64,000 bases of DNA, taken from positions 191,379,394 through 191,443,393 of the forward strand of contig NC_052153.1 in the NCBI RefSeq assembly GCF_902713615.1, written 5' to 3'. The first letter of the stretch is position 1; every line of letters begins with the position of its first letter. The position numbers were made by a program, and so were the translations under genes. The notes under the pieces are model-generated. The model ran no database searches, was not told the DNA's origin, and was given only the letters and a program-made list of their open reading frames with translations. Origin of the DNA: Scyliorhinus canicula (taxonomy: Eukaryota). Of this stretch, positions 1 to 11,403 are shown piece by piece.

Positions 1-350
1 AGGAGAGAAAGATAGAGAGTCAGAGTGGGGAAAGGAGAGAAAGATAGAGAGTCAGAGTGGGGAAAGGAGAGAAAGATAGAGAGTCAGAGTAGGGAAAGGA
101 GAGAAAGATAGAGAGTCAGAGTGGAGAAAGGAGAGTCAGAGTGGGGAAAGGAGAGAAAGATAGAGAGTCAGAGTGGGGAAAGGAGAGAAAGATAGAGAGT
201 CAGAGTGGGGAAAGGAGAGAAAGATAGAGAGTCAGAGTGGGGAAAGGAGAGAAAGATAGAGAGTCAGAGTGGGGAAAGGAGAGAAAGATAGAGAGTCAGA
301 GTGGGGAAAGGAGAGAAAGATAGAGAGTCAGAGTGGGGAAAGGAGAGATA
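1..350. repeat. 32-bp purine-rich minisatellite (AGGAGAGAAAGATAGAGAGTCAGAGTGGGGAA), ~11 copies, runs off window start
   Basis: Unit recurs at 1, 33, 65 etc.; one partially deleted unit near 130. Confidence 0.97.
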
Positions 351-361
351 GAGATTCAGGG

Positions 362-635
362 TGGGTATTAAGATCCAGGAAGCAGAACGGGAGGGTGAAC
401 ATCTGTTTATTTACAGTCACAAAAAGTCTGCCGATGGCAGCAAATATATACACAGACTAAAGTTCTGTTAGGACAGCCAACTTGCCGGTCCCTGGCTGGG
501 TCGGCCTTTATACTGTGTTCATGTGAGCCCCAGCTGACCTGGCCTCCGCCCACTAGCGGGAAGCTCAGATTCCACGAGTCCCACAGGGAGATCAATCAGA
601 GTATTCCCGTGGGCCACGCCTCAAATCTGAAAGCA
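362..635 (-). mobile_element. 3' LTR of a truncated LTR retrotransposon
   Basis: Minus strand starts TG after a purine tract (AGAGGGGG), contains GGGCGGAG, TATAAA and AATAAA, and ends CA; lies directly downstream of an integrase remnant. Confidence 0.65.
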
Positions 636-639
636 CCCC

Positions 640-1140
640 CTCTGCATAATCTGGAGGAGGCCTTCTGTGCCGCTTCCCACATGGTTGCGCTTCCGCCAGT
701 GCCGGGCCTGGGTCAGGTGACATTTTTCGAGACCTCTGGAGGGATACAGCCGGGAGCCGGGGGGGGGGGGGGGGGGGGGAGAGGGGGGGGGGGGGGGTCT
801 GCTCTGGACACGACATCGTCTGTGAGTGCAGGCGCTTTAGTGTCCATCTCCAAGCCTAAATTGTCATCGTCTTGACGGCCTGGGTTTTGAACCACAGCGG
901 GCTGCATTCCTTGGAGTAGTCCATGAGGTGGTGGAGGTACCAACGTCTCTGGCCGGGCACCCTCTGAGGTGCGATCTCGAGATGGTCAATGTGCTGACGC
1001 AAGGCCTTCCCTTGGGTCTCGACCTGATAAGATACGGGCCCAGTTTTCTCCAACACACTCCCCGGGATCCAAAGGGCGCCGTCTCTAAAATTCCGGACAA
1101 AAATAATTGACAACGTCTCCTGACTTCCTGTGGTCACGAT
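640..1140 (-). mobile_element. Ty3/Gypsy-type (K02A2.6-like) integrase C-terminal remnant
   Basis: ORF 856-1137: WIPGSVLEKTGPVSYQV...RQHIDHL, typical C-terminal motif of this group. Confidence 0.8.
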
Positions 1141-1199
1141 ACTTCCTTTGCATATCTAGTTGCAGCTCGGTTTTCTGCCCAAACTTGGGTAAGTCAGAC

Positions 1200-1500
1200 T
1201 TAAGCGGGTTATGAGTCAAGTGCTCGCCATTATGGTCGTATCGTCAGCAAACCTGTCGATGGAGGTGGAACCAAATTTTGCCACACAGTCGTGTGTGTAC
1301 AGGGGGTATAGTAGGGGACTAAGTACGCAGCCTGACGGGGCCCCGGTATTGAGGACTATTGTGGAGGAGGTGTTGGTGTTTATCCTTACCGATTGTGGTC
1401 TGTGGGTCAGAAAGTCGAGGATCCAGTTGCAGAGGGAGGAGCCAAGTCCTAGGTTTTGGAGCTTTGATATGAGCTTGGCTGGGATCATGGTGTTGAAGGT
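1200..1500 (-). mobile_element. Rex1/Babar LINE RT fragment
   Basis: [58 protein letters not shown]. Confidence 0.9.
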
Positions 1501-1502
1501 GA

Positions 1503-1680
1503 AATGAAAATGAAATGAAAATCGCTTATTGTCACGAGTAGGCTTCAATGAAGTTACTGTGAAAAGCCCCTAGTTGCCACATTCCGGCGCCTGTCCGGGG
1601 AGGCTGGTACGGGAATCGAACCGTGCTGCTGGCCTGCTTGGTAAGCCAGCGATTTAGCCTTGTGAGCTAAACCAGCCCCT
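1503..1680 (-). mobile_element. tRNA-derived SINE, family B (short, (ATTTC)n tail)
   Basis: Reverse complement of copies at 3863, 18075, 56667; A box TAGC(A/T)CA, B box GGTTC(A/G)ATTCC. Confidence 0.9.
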
Positions 1681-1884
1681 AAACCAGGTGGAGCTGCAGT
1701 CTACAAATAGGAGTCTGATGTAGGAGTCCTTGTTGCCGAGATGTGGTTTGTGGTTGGATTTGGGCGGTGATGGTGGCCATTTTGGGTGGGCGTGGAACCA
1801 AGGTAGGCCTGGAGTCAGCTCAATCTCCTCATGAGGTGGATGTGGCAGATAAAGGGGGGGGGGGTGTCAGAGACCCCCTGTCAG

Positions 1885-2165
1885 GATGGTCACGTAGCAC
1901 ATAGTCAGCACGGTGGTGCAGTAGTTGGCACTGCTGCCTACGGCGCCGAGGACCCGGGTTCGATCCTGGTCCCAGGCTACTGTCTGGTTCAGCACACTGG
2001 GCTAAATCGCTGGCTTTGCAAGCAGACCAAGGCAGGCCAGCAGCACGGTTCAATTCCCGTACCAGCCTCCCCGAACAGGCGTCGGAATGTGGCGACCAGG
2101 GGCTTTTCACAGTAACTTCATTTGAAGCCTACTCGTGACAATAAGCGATTTTCATTTCATTTTCA
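1885..2165 (+). mobile_element. HE1-like SINE head fused to a family-B SINE
   Basis: GCACGGTGG..GGTTCGATCC head then CTGGTTCAGCACACTGGGCTAAATCGC..ACTCGTGACAATAAGCG. Confidence 0.8.
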
Positions 2166-2239
2166 CATGGGGGATTCACTCACTTGAAGAGCTTGAATGC
2201 CGATGTAATCTTCTTGCAGGAGACGCAGCTGAGGATTGT

Positions 2240-2525
2240 AATAATAATCTTTATTAGTGTCACAAGTAGGCTTACATTAACACTGCAATGAAGTTACTGT
2301 GAAAATCACCTCGTCGCCACATTCTGGCGCCTGTTCGGGTACACAGAGGGAGAATTCAGAAAGTCCAATTCACCTAATAGCACATCTTTCGACTGTGGGA
2401 GGAAACCGGAACATCCAAAGGAAACCCACGCAGACACGGGAGAGCGTGCAGACTCCACACTCGACCCAAGCCAGGAATCGAACCTGGGGCCCTGCCGCTG
2501 GGAAGCAACAGTGCTAATCACTGTG
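2240..2525 (-). mobile_element. HE1-like SINE carrying the family-B-type 3' tail
   Basis: HE1 body plus CCCGAACAGGCGCC..CACAGTAACTTCATTGCAG..(ATT)n tail. Confidence 0.85.
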
Positions 2526-3862
2526 AAAGGTTTGACACTGGAAGTTCCGAGGAACAAAGGGACCTTGGCGTGTTTGTCCGTAGATCTCTAAAGACAGATG
2601 GGGAGGTTAATAGGGTGGTGAAAAAGGGCATATGGGACACTTGCCTTTATCAATTGTGGCATTTTTACACGTACATAAAAAGCAAGAGGGTAGCCAGGGA
2701 AAGGGTTGGCCCACTAAAGGACAGGGGAGGGAATCTATGCATGGAGCCAGAGAAAATGGGCGAGGTACTAAATGAATACTTTGCATCAGTATTCACCAAA
2801 GAGAAGGAATTGGTGGATGTTGAGCCTGGAGAAGGGTGTGTAGATAGCCTGGGTCACATTGAGATCCAAAAAGACGAGTTGTTGGGCGTCTTGAAAAATA
2901 TCAAGGTGGATAGGTCCCCAGGGCCTGATGGGATCTACCCCAGAATACTGAAAGAGACAAGAAAGGAAATTGCTGAGGCCGTGACATCCTCACTGTCTTC
3001 AAGTGATGTCTCGGAGGACTGGAGAATAGCCAATGTTGTTCCTTTGTTTAAGAATGGTAGCAAGGATAATCCAGGGAACTACAGGCCGGTGAGCCTTACG
3101 TCAGTGGCAGGGAAATTACTGGAGAGAATTCTTGGAGACAGGATCTACTCCCATTTGGAAGCAAGTGGCCGTATTAGTGAGAGGCAGCACGGTTTTGTGA
3201 TGGGGAGGTCGTGTCTCACTAACTTGATAAGAGTCTTTTGAGGAGGTCATAAAGATGATTGATGCAGGTAGGGCAGTGGATGTTGGACTTCAGACAAGGT
3301 CCCTCATGGCAGATTGGTACAAAAGGTGAAGTCACACGGGATCAGGGATGTGCTGGCAAGGTGGATACAGAACTGGCTAGGTCATAGAAGGCAGAGAGTA
3401 GCAATGGTAGGGTGCTTTTCTGATTGGAGGGCTGTGACTAGTGGTGTTCCGCAGGGATCAGTGCTGGGACCTTTGCTGTTCATAGTATATATAAATGATT
3501 TAGAGGAAAATGTAACTGGTCTGATTAGTAAGTTTGCGGACCACACAAAGGTTGGTGGAATTGCGGATAGCGATGAGGACTATCAGAGGATACAGCAGGA
3601 TTTAGATAATTTGAAGACTTGGTCAGAGAGATGGCAGATGGAGTTTAATCCAGACAAATGTGAGGTAATGCATTTTGGAAGATCTAATACAGGTAGAGAA
3701 TATACAGTGAATGGTAGAACCCACAAGAGCATTGACAATCAGAGAGATCTAGGTGTACAGGTCCACAGGTCATTGAAAGGGGCAACACAGGTGGAGAAGT
3801 TAGTCAAGAAGGCATACGGCATGCCGGGGCATTGAGTATAAAAATTCGCAAGTCATGTTGCA
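2525..3862 (+). mobile_element. CR1 (HER1-like) LINE ORF2 fragment, degenerate
   Basis: [62 protein letters not shown]; frameshifted. Confidence 0.95.
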
Positions 3863-4035
3863 GGGGCTGGTTTAACACAGTGGGCTTAACAGCTGGCTTG
3901 TAATGTAGAATAATGCCAGCAGCGCGGGTTCAATTCCCGTACCGGCCTCCCCGAACAGGCGCCGGAATGTGGCGACTAGGGGCTTTTCACAGTAACTTCA
4001 TTGAAGCCTACTCGTGACAATAAGTGATTTTCACT
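3863..4035 (+). mobile_element. Family-B tRNA SINE
   Basis: GGGGCTGGTTTAACACAGTGG..GGTTCAATTCCCGTACC..ACTCGTGACAATAAG. Confidence 0.9.
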
Positions 4036-4269
4036 TTTTTTCCATTTCTCCCAATACTCATAAAATACTCCCTGAACAATTGATACCAAATCAAATTCCA
4101 TCCCTAACCTCTTGCCCTCCGCTGGCAGCTCCTTTGTCGGGCCTGTGGAGTACGACTGGTCCACCTCCACAATTGAGTCGCCCAACCTCTGCCTGTCCAC
4201 CCTCCCGACCCCATCTTGTCCCTGTGGGCCTTGTGTTAGATTACTGCCCCCCCTGATCACCCGCTTCAG

Positions 4270-4391
4270 CGCTTCCCAGAATGTAGAGGGCAAGCTTCCC
4301 CATTCTGGTTGAAATCGACATAGTTCCCGATGGCCGAGTCTACCCTCTCACAGAACTCCTTGTCTGCCAGAAACACCACGTCTAACCTCCA

Positions 4392-4425
<34 letters not shown>

Positions 4426-4520
4426 TGGGCTCGACCAGTCTCCAGCCTCGCATCCACATGATGTGGTGCATGATCCAATATCACTATCGCAGTATACTCA
4501 TCCACCATCACTCCCAGGAG
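4270..4520 (-). mobile_element. L1/Tx1-type LINE ORF2 remnant
   Basis: ILDHAPHHVD..WRLDVVFLADKEFCERV..IGNYVDFNQNG (post-endonuclease region). Confidence 0.75.
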
Positions 4521-4525
4521 TACAG

Positions 4526-4685
4526 GGGCATAACTCTCCCCTACCCGGCGGGGCGGGGGGTCCCGGCGTAGCGGAGTGGCGCCAACCACTCCGGCGTCGG
4601 GCCTCCCCAAAGGTGCAGAATTCTCCACACCTTTAGGGGCTAAGCCCGCGCCGGAGTGGCTCCCGCTCCGCTGACTGGAGCCAAT
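4526..4685. mobile_element. Terminal fragment of the GC-rich TIR MITE
   Basis: Reverse complement of the right end of the 36792-37410 element. Confidence 0.75.
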
Positions 4686-4789
4686 GGGCTGGTACGGAAA
4701 TTGAACTGTGCTGCTGGCCTGCCTTGGTCTGCTTTTAAAGCCAGCTATTTAGCCCACGGTGCTAAACCAGCCCCGAAGGCAAGTATCTA

Positions 4790-5850
4790 TTGGCTCACCA
4801 GCTGAGACGACAGGTGGCCACACGAGAGATAGCCCAGGTTAAGGATGAGGTTGGAGGGCTGGTGACGGCGCCAGACAAAGTTAATAGTGCATGAGGTATT
4901 CTACCAGGACCTGTACAGGCCTGAGTCAAAGCACCGGGAACAGACGGCTTCCCAGTGGAACTTTACAAGCGGTTTGCAGTATCATTGGCAGCACATTATT
5001 CAATCACTTTCTGTCACGGAGGTGGGGGGGGGGGACGCGGGAGCTGCCAGCCATGTTAGCGAAGGCATCAATCTCCCTGATCCCAAAGAAGGACAAGGAT
5101 CCAGTGGAGTACGGGTCTTATAGGCCTATTTCTTGACTGAATACTGATGCTAAGGTGCTTGCCAAGGTTTTAGTGAAGCATCTGGAAGGTTGTTTGCCAG
5201 AGGTGGTCTCTGAGGACCAGACTGGGTTTGTTAAGGGTCGACACGTGTTGGCCAATATCAGGCGACTCTTGGATGTGGTCATGTGTCCATCTAGGGGGAA
5301 GGTGTCTGAAGTATTCATCTCCAAAGACGCAGAGAAGGCTTTTGATTGGGTGGAGTGGAGGTACCTCTTTGAGGCTCTGGGACGATTCGGATTTGGTCCA
5401 ATGTTAATTTCCTTGGTGAGACTGTTACATAGTGCTCCCACGGCGATTGTCAGGACTGAGGCCCACTAGTGGTGGCATCTCTAAAAATGTGGAATCAAGT
5501 CAGGGAACCTTCTAGATTAGGGGGCATGTCAGTAATGCCACCAATTTGTACCAGCTGGGAGAGATACAACGTCCAGGATTTGGAAGTGGGATTGGGTCGA
5601 GTGGATTAGGGATCTGTTTGTGAAGGGTAGGTTTGCGTGACTTGAGGGGTTGATGGAAAAATATCAACTCCTGAGGGGGAGCGAGTTTCGATATTTGACC
5701 ATTGTCTCCCGAACGGAGAATCCCACTATCTCTAATTTTCCTTGGTTGGCCATTGGCCCAGAAAAACATCCCGTATACACTCCAGAAATTCCACCTGTGG
5801 CTCATATGCGAACATGTTTGGAATTCAGGCAATGCGCTGTGTGCTCGACT
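4790..5850 (+). mobile_element. L1-clade LINE ORF2 (RT) remnant
   Basis: ASISLIPKKDKDP..YRPIS, EDQTGFVKGRH..NIRRLLDV, DAEKAFDWVEWRYLF. Confidence 0.9.
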
Positions 5851-6041
5851 TAAACAGGGCGGATGTGGAACCTGGAACAACCCTGCATCGGACGTCCCTC
5901 TGACGTCGTGCTCTCCAGGCACGTTAGCAGGATAAACCGGTCAAACTTGTACCTGAGTCTTCAGTGTCTTATTCACATAATTCGTCACCCCAAAACTATC
6001 AATTGTCCTAAATACCCCATCTTGTTCGCTAATGTCCTTTT

Positions 6042-6464
6042 TGTCGTGTTGCTCACCCTGGGGTAACACGGGCTGCACATGATGCAGTTAGCTGATCAAG
6101 TATACGCCAAACGTGGGCGTTGGTTCAATATAAGATTTATTGAACTTCAGTAACGAAGCACACAGCTGCCTGCGGGGTGACTCTCTACTACTCTAGTAAA
6201 CTAACATTAACTATCTAGACCAGGCCAGCTCTGAGCCACGTGTAGAAGGTGTTGAATGATTTGTACACCCTGGCTGTCACTACAGTTGTCACCAGTGGAA
6301 AGAGGCGGGAGTGCTGATGCCTCGTGTGTTTAATAGTGGGAGACCACCTTCTGGTGTTCTGTCTGGTGATTGGTCGTGCTCTGTTCTGTCTATTGATTGG
6401 ATCATCCGGGTGTCTGTCACTGCCTGCTTTTACCTCATGATGTGCATGGGTGCATATTGTGACA
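6042..6464 (-). mobile_element. Solo LTR (423 bp), 5-bp TSD CTTTT
   Basis: TGTCGTG...TGTGACA termini; CTTTT at 6037-6041 and 6465-6469; homolog at 45418-45820. Confidence 0.9.
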
Positions 6465-6779
6465 CTTTTAGGAAGGGAACCTATCTGCCCTCCTTCCCTG
6501 GTCTCCAGATCCACAGCTCTTAACTGCCCTCTGAAATGGCCGATCAGTTGAAGGGCAATTAGGGACGGGCAACGAATGCTGGCCCCGCCCAGGAGAGAAT
6601 AAAAAAAGACCTAAAAAAAGAGCGAAGGGAAATGAAAGATTTCCTTCTGAGAATAGATGGAGCTAATGAGAAGTCTCTGGGCTGCCGCACACTGCTGGGT
6701 GGTCCCAACAGAAGTAATTAACTTTAAGACTGATACGTCTTACAAGAGAATTCTTGGGAGAAGTAGGAAGCAAACCTGA

Positions 6780-6884
6780 GTGTATAATATATAAAGTTAC
6801 AAACTATATTGTGAAGTTCATAGTGCTTGTTTTATTTGTTGATGTAAAACAAAGTCACTTCTGTTCAAAGGAAACTGAAATCCC
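6780..6884 (+). promoter_or_regulatory. Candidate proximal promoter of the Ig receptor (TATA box, ISRE-like element)
   Basis: TATATAAA 6788-6795; GAAACTGAAA 6871-6880; AGGAAG and ACTTCTG ETS-like cores; ATG at 6885. Confidence 0.35.
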
Positions 6885-6999
6885 ATGACTTGGATCGGTC
6901 GAAACAAGATATTCAGATTTTTTTTTAATGTTGACATCCTCTCATCAGATTGCAAAATCACCCAGACACTGATCATTCTGTTGTTTGTCCTTTCCTCAG

Positions 7000-7353
7000 C
7001 TGCCGGTGGAAATGAGTCAGTGGTGAGTGGTACTGAGGGAGCTTCGGTTACATTGCCCTGTACGTTCATACCCAGTAACTCCCACACCCTGACCACTGTT
7101 AGCTGGATGAGGAAGGAGACCTATGAACGGGTGGTCACATTTACACCCCAGCCAAATGGATTGTGGACAACTGTAAACGGTGAAAATCGATACGAGCTCA
7201 TCGGGAACCTAAAGGAGGGAAACGCCTCAATCAGGATAAAGCAGCTGAGCGTGAATGATAATCTCACTTACGTGTGTCTGGTGGAGTACAAGGGGGAACG
7301 GTACCATTATCAAAACCTGATCCTGAATGAGACTCGGCTGCAGGTCACGCCTG
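7000..7353 (+). CDS. Ig V-set domain exon of a single-pass immune-type receptor (NCR3/NKp30-, CD300/TREM- or PILR-like architecture); 5' boundary may be 6949, or 6885 if the leader is in the same exon
   Basis: TLPC..VSW..NASIRI.QL..D..TYVC with 71 aa between Cys; acceptor TTTCCTCAG at 6991-6999; donor G|GTAAGA at 7354; phase 1 at both ends. Confidence 0.9.
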
Positions 7354-7434
7354 GTAAGAAATCAGCGTTGAGTTCCCAGCGAATCGAGGGTGTACACTGA
7401 GGGTGGGTGCTGTAACCGAAAACATTCATCCCCT

Positions 7435-7670
7435 CTGACTCAATTGCAGCATTCTTGCTGCTGAGTCAGTGGGCAATGGGTTCCAGTCCCACGCCAGGAT
7501 TTGAGCATAAATTCTACACTCCAGTGTAGTACTAAGGGAGTTGGAATTGCACCTTTCCAAAGTTTTATTAAACTGAGGCCATGCCTGTCCTCCCGGAAGC
7601 AAGCAGAAGATTCCATAGTACTATTTTGAAGAAAAGATATCCCTGGTGTTGTGGCCGATATTGACACATA
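7435..7670 (+). mobile_element. Old Deu-domain-type SINE (SacSINE1/AmnSINE-like), decayed
   Basis: CTGAGTCAG..GGGTTCCAGTCCCAC..AGTACTAAGGGAG..AAACTGAGGCC..AAGATTCCATAG..TTGAAGAA; similar to 59140-59820; family name from recall. Confidence 0.55.
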
Positions 7671-7789
7671 CGAACATATGAATCAGAAGCGGGAGTAGGC
7701 CACTCGACCCCTCGAGCCTGCTCCATTATTCAGTAAGATCATGGTGATCTGATTTTGGCCCTTTAGTCACCTTCCTGCCCACTCTAATA

Positions 7790-8015
7790 AATTTTTAAAT
7801 AAATTTAGAGTATCCAATTCATTTTTTCCAATTAAGGGGCAATTTAGTGTGACCAATCCACCTACCCTGCACATCTTTGGGTTGTGGGGGCGAAACCCAC
7901 GCAGACTCGGGGAGAATGTGCAAACTCCGCACGGACAGTGACCCGGGGCCAGGATCGAACCTGGAGCCTCGGCGCCGTGAGGCAACAATGCTAACCACTG
8001 CGCCACCGTGCTGCC
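7790..8015 (-). mobile_element. HE1-like SINE with short A-rich tail
   Basis: HE1 body; tail AATTGG(A)nTGAATTGGATACTCTAAATTT. Confidence 0.9.
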
Positions 8016-8329
8016 CCACTCTAATAACTCTGACTCCCTCGTTAGTCAAGAATCTATCGAAATTTGCCTTAGAAATATTCAATGATCCTGCCTCCACTTC
8101 TCTCTGAGGAAGACTCACAAAGAAAAGAATTCTCACCTCCGTTTTGAATGGGGGACTTTTTAAAGTTTATTTGGGGGATGTGGGCTTCGTTGCCCAGGCC
8201 AGCAATTATTTTCCATCCATTATTGGCCTTGAGAAGGCGGTAGTGAGCTGCCTTCTTGTGGTGTAGGTCCACCAACAATGCTGTTAGGGAGGGAGTGTCA
8301 GGATTTAGACCCTGTGACAGTGAAGGACA

Positions 8330-8790
8330 GTGGGCCGGTGACCAAGCTCTTCCTCGGAAAGGGGGTGCTTGCCAGAACCAGCTCTGGGGGCTCCGCCATC
8401 CCCTGGCGCTGCCAGTCCTGGAGGCCCACTCTCGTCTCGACCAGGGTCTCAATGCTTAGGGCCATGGAGCACAGGGACACGTCTCGGAGATGCTGGAAGG
8501 TGCGGATGATAGCAGTGACCTCCGACTTTCCCTCTCATGTACCTGCAACCATCAAATACCGTCCCCTGATCAGTTATCACCCTCTCCGCCCCGGAACCGG
8601 ACCCTTTATTAACGAAGATTGCCACCCGTCGAGCCCCACTATCAAAGCCCGAATGAAACACCTGGCTCACCCAGGCTTCCGGAGCCTAACCTGGCCCTGT
8701 ACCCGCAAATGGGTATCTTGTAAAAGCATCACGTTGGCACCCAAACTCTTTAAATGAGAGAAAAGCCTCGCCCTCTTTACAGGCCCCCCC
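8330..8790 (-). mobile_element. L1/Tx1-type endonuclease remnant
   Basis: SQVFHSGFDSGARRVAIFVNK in ORF 8449-8670. Confidence 0.65.
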
Positions 8791-8799
8791 TGGCCTCAC

Positions 8800-9920
8800 G
8801 CGTTCGCCTTGTCGGGGGCCTGTACATCCCTGGTCTTGTATTCTCGCCCTCTCGACATGAATGCTGACGTTGCATTTGCCTTCCTAACTGCCGACTGAAC
8901 CTGCACGTTCACCTTAAGAGAATCGTGAACAAGGACTCCCAAATCCCTTTGTGCTTCTGATTTCCCAAGCATCTTCCCATTTAGAAAATAGTCTCTGCCT
9001 CCATTTCTCCTTCCAAAGTGCATAACCTCACATTTTTCCACATTGTATTCCATCTGCCACTTCATTGCCCACTCTCCTCGCCCGTCCAAGTCCTTCCTCA
9101 ATACTTCCTGTCCCTCTGCAGATCTTTGCATCATCTGCAAACTTAGCAACAGTACCTTCAGTTCCTTCTTCCAGATCATTGATGTATATCGTGAAATGTT
9201 GTGGTCCCAACACCGACCCCTGAGGCACACCATTAGTCACCGGCTGCCACCCTGAAAAAGACCCCTTTATCCCCACTCTCTGCCTTCTGCCAGTCAGCCA
9301 ATCCTCTATCCATGCCAGGATCGTACCCTTTACACCATGGGCTCTTAATTTATTTAACAGTCTCCTATGCGGCACCTTGTCAAAGGTCTTCTGGAAATCT
9401 AAATAAATCACATCCACTGGTTCTCCTATGTCTAACTTCCTTGTTACCTCCTCAAAGAACTCTAAGAGATTTGTTAGACACGACCTCCCTTTGACAAAGC
9501 TGTGCTAACTCAGTCCTATTTTACCATGCACTTCCAAGTACTCTGTGATCTCATCTTTAATAATGGACTCTAAAATCTTACCAATGACCGAAGTCAGGCT
9601 AACCGGCCAATAATTTCCCGCCTTCTGCCTCCTTCCCTTCTTAAACAGCGGTGTTACATTAGCCACTTTCCAGACCTCTGGGACCCTCCCTGCCTCCGAT
9701 GATTCCTGAAATATCATCACCAATGCCTCCACAATTTCCTCAGCTATCTCTTTTAGGACCCTGGGGTGTAGTCCATACGGTCCAGGTGACGAATCCACCT
9801 TCAGACCTTTCAGTTTCCCCAGAACCTCCTCCTTAGTAATGGTCGCTGCACTCACCTCTGCCCCCTGGTTCTCCTGGAGCTCTGGCATCCCACTGGTGTT
9901 TTCCACCGTGAAGACTGATG
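8800..9920 (-). mobile_element. CR1 LINE ORF2 fragment
   Basis: [50 protein letters not shown]. Confidence 0.95.
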
Positions 9921-10018
9921 TTGGGGGTTTCCTTCCCGTGGCCTTCCTCGCCGAGGCTTTTGACAGTTCTCTGTCGATCATCTGTTGGCCATGCCAACCT
10001 GCTGGGTTGGAACACCAT

Positions 10019-10873
10019 GGGCGGGAGTCTCCAACCCCCTGCCGGCGATTCTCCATTCCCGGATGGGCATCCCCCACTCCCCCCTCCCCCGCCGATTCCC
10101 CACTCCCCAATGGGCAGCCCCCCCCCCCCCCCCCCCTGCCGATTCCCCACTCCCCGATGGGCATCCCCCCCCTCCCCTGCCGATTCCCCACTCCCCAATG
10201 GGCAGCCCCCCCCTCCCCTGCCGATTCCCCACTCCCCAATGGGCAGCCCCCCCCCCCCTGCCGATTCCCCACTCCCCAATGGGCAGCCCCCCCCCCTGCC
10301 GATTCCCCACTCCCCAATGGGCAGCCCCCCCCTCCCCTGCCGATTCCCCACTCCCCAATGGGCAGCCCCCCCCACTCTCCAATGGGCCAGGCGGCCGCCC
10401 GTTTTCGGCCAGTCCCGCCGGCATAGATTACACCAGGTCCGTACCAGCGGGACCTGGCTCTGGGGGCGGCCTGCTGAGTCCTCGGGGGGGGCGAGGGGGG
10501 ATCCGGCTCTGGGTGGGACCCCACGGTGGCCTGGCGCGCGATCGGGGCCCACCGATCTGCGGGCGGGCCTGTGCCGTGGGGGCACTCCTTCCTACCGCGC
10601 CGGCCTGTCTAAAGCTCCGCGGTGGCCGGCGCGGAGAAGAAACCCTCCGCGCATGCGCAGAAAATACGGCAGTGGTTCTGCGTGTGCGGCAGAACACGCT
10701 GGCGCTCCCACACATGCCCTTCAGTTGGCGTGGTGCCATCGACGCCGGCTCCGGCCTAGCCCCCGAAGGTGCAGAATCCTCCGCACCTTCCGGGTGGCCC
10801 GATGCCGGAGTGGTTCATGCCACTCTTTGGTGCCGGTACAGCCCACCCCGCCGGTTAGCGGAGAATCCCGGCC
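10019..10873. mobile_element. GC-rich TIR MITE with internal tandem expansion (~37-41 bp x ~8)
   Basis: GGGCGGGAGTCTCC ... GGAGAATCCCGGCC; repeats of CTGCCGATTCCCCACTCCCCAATGGGCAG(C)n; TSD not matching. Confidence 0.85.
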
Positions 10874-11136
10874 AAAACCTCCCGACAAACTGAGCAAAAG
10901 TCATCAAATTACAAGGACCTCTTGATTGCTCTCCATGTCATCACCAGAATCCCCTCACTATTTCCCATCTCTACCCAAACCATCATTAGCTAAGAACCAC
11001 CCGTCCACTTTGCCCTCGCTTCCTGTCCTTCCTAAATATCCTATGCCCTCTAATATTCAGGTCCCAGTCCATGTTCTCCTGCAGTCATGTTGCATAATGG
11101 CTATCAAATCGTGCTTATTTCAATGTTCGCTCTCTG

Positions 11137-11250
11137 CTGGTTTAGCACAGTGGGCTAAACAGCTGGCTTGTAAAGCAGACAAAGGCCAGCGGCGTGGGTT
11201 CAATTCCCGTACCAGCCGCCCCGAACAGGTGCCGGAATGCGGCGACCAGT
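11137..11250 (+). mobile_element. Family-B SINE, 3'-truncated
   Basis: GCTGGTTTAGCACAGTGGGCTAAACAGC..GGTTCAATTCCCGTACC. Confidence 0.85.
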
Positions 11251-11254
11251 AAAA

Positions 11255-11403
11255 AACAAATAAAACCAATAAAAAACAGACACACCCAAGCTTTTCTGAA
11301 AGTGAAACTAAAAAGCAGAGCCATAGCTCAGCTCCACCCACACTCTGACATCACTGCAGTAACATGAGCAGCCAAACATTTCTTAAAGCGAAATTCTCAT
11401 GAT
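11255..11403. mobile_element. Fragment of the LTR family seen at 52412-52990
   Basis: Shared CTGAAA.TGAAACTAAAA..CTCCACCCACACTCTGACATCACTG..CATGA(T/C)A. Confidence 0.65.

Noticed and set aside
362-600. Upstream leader exon for the Ig receptor
   Set aside because: This stretch is better explained as a minus-strand LTR next to an integrase remnant.
7000-7353. Calling the V domain a Siglec, NCR3, or a rearranging Ig/TCR V segment
   Set aside because: The F strand reads YVCL, lacking the essential sialic-acid-binding Arg of Siglecs. The TM uses Lys, not Arg as in NKp30. No RSS follows and the exon already includes its G strand. No gene symbol assigned.
9505-10925. Several 250-340-aa overlapping ORFs
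   Set aside because: Produced by a GC-rich MITE with internal repeats fused to a CR1 fragment.
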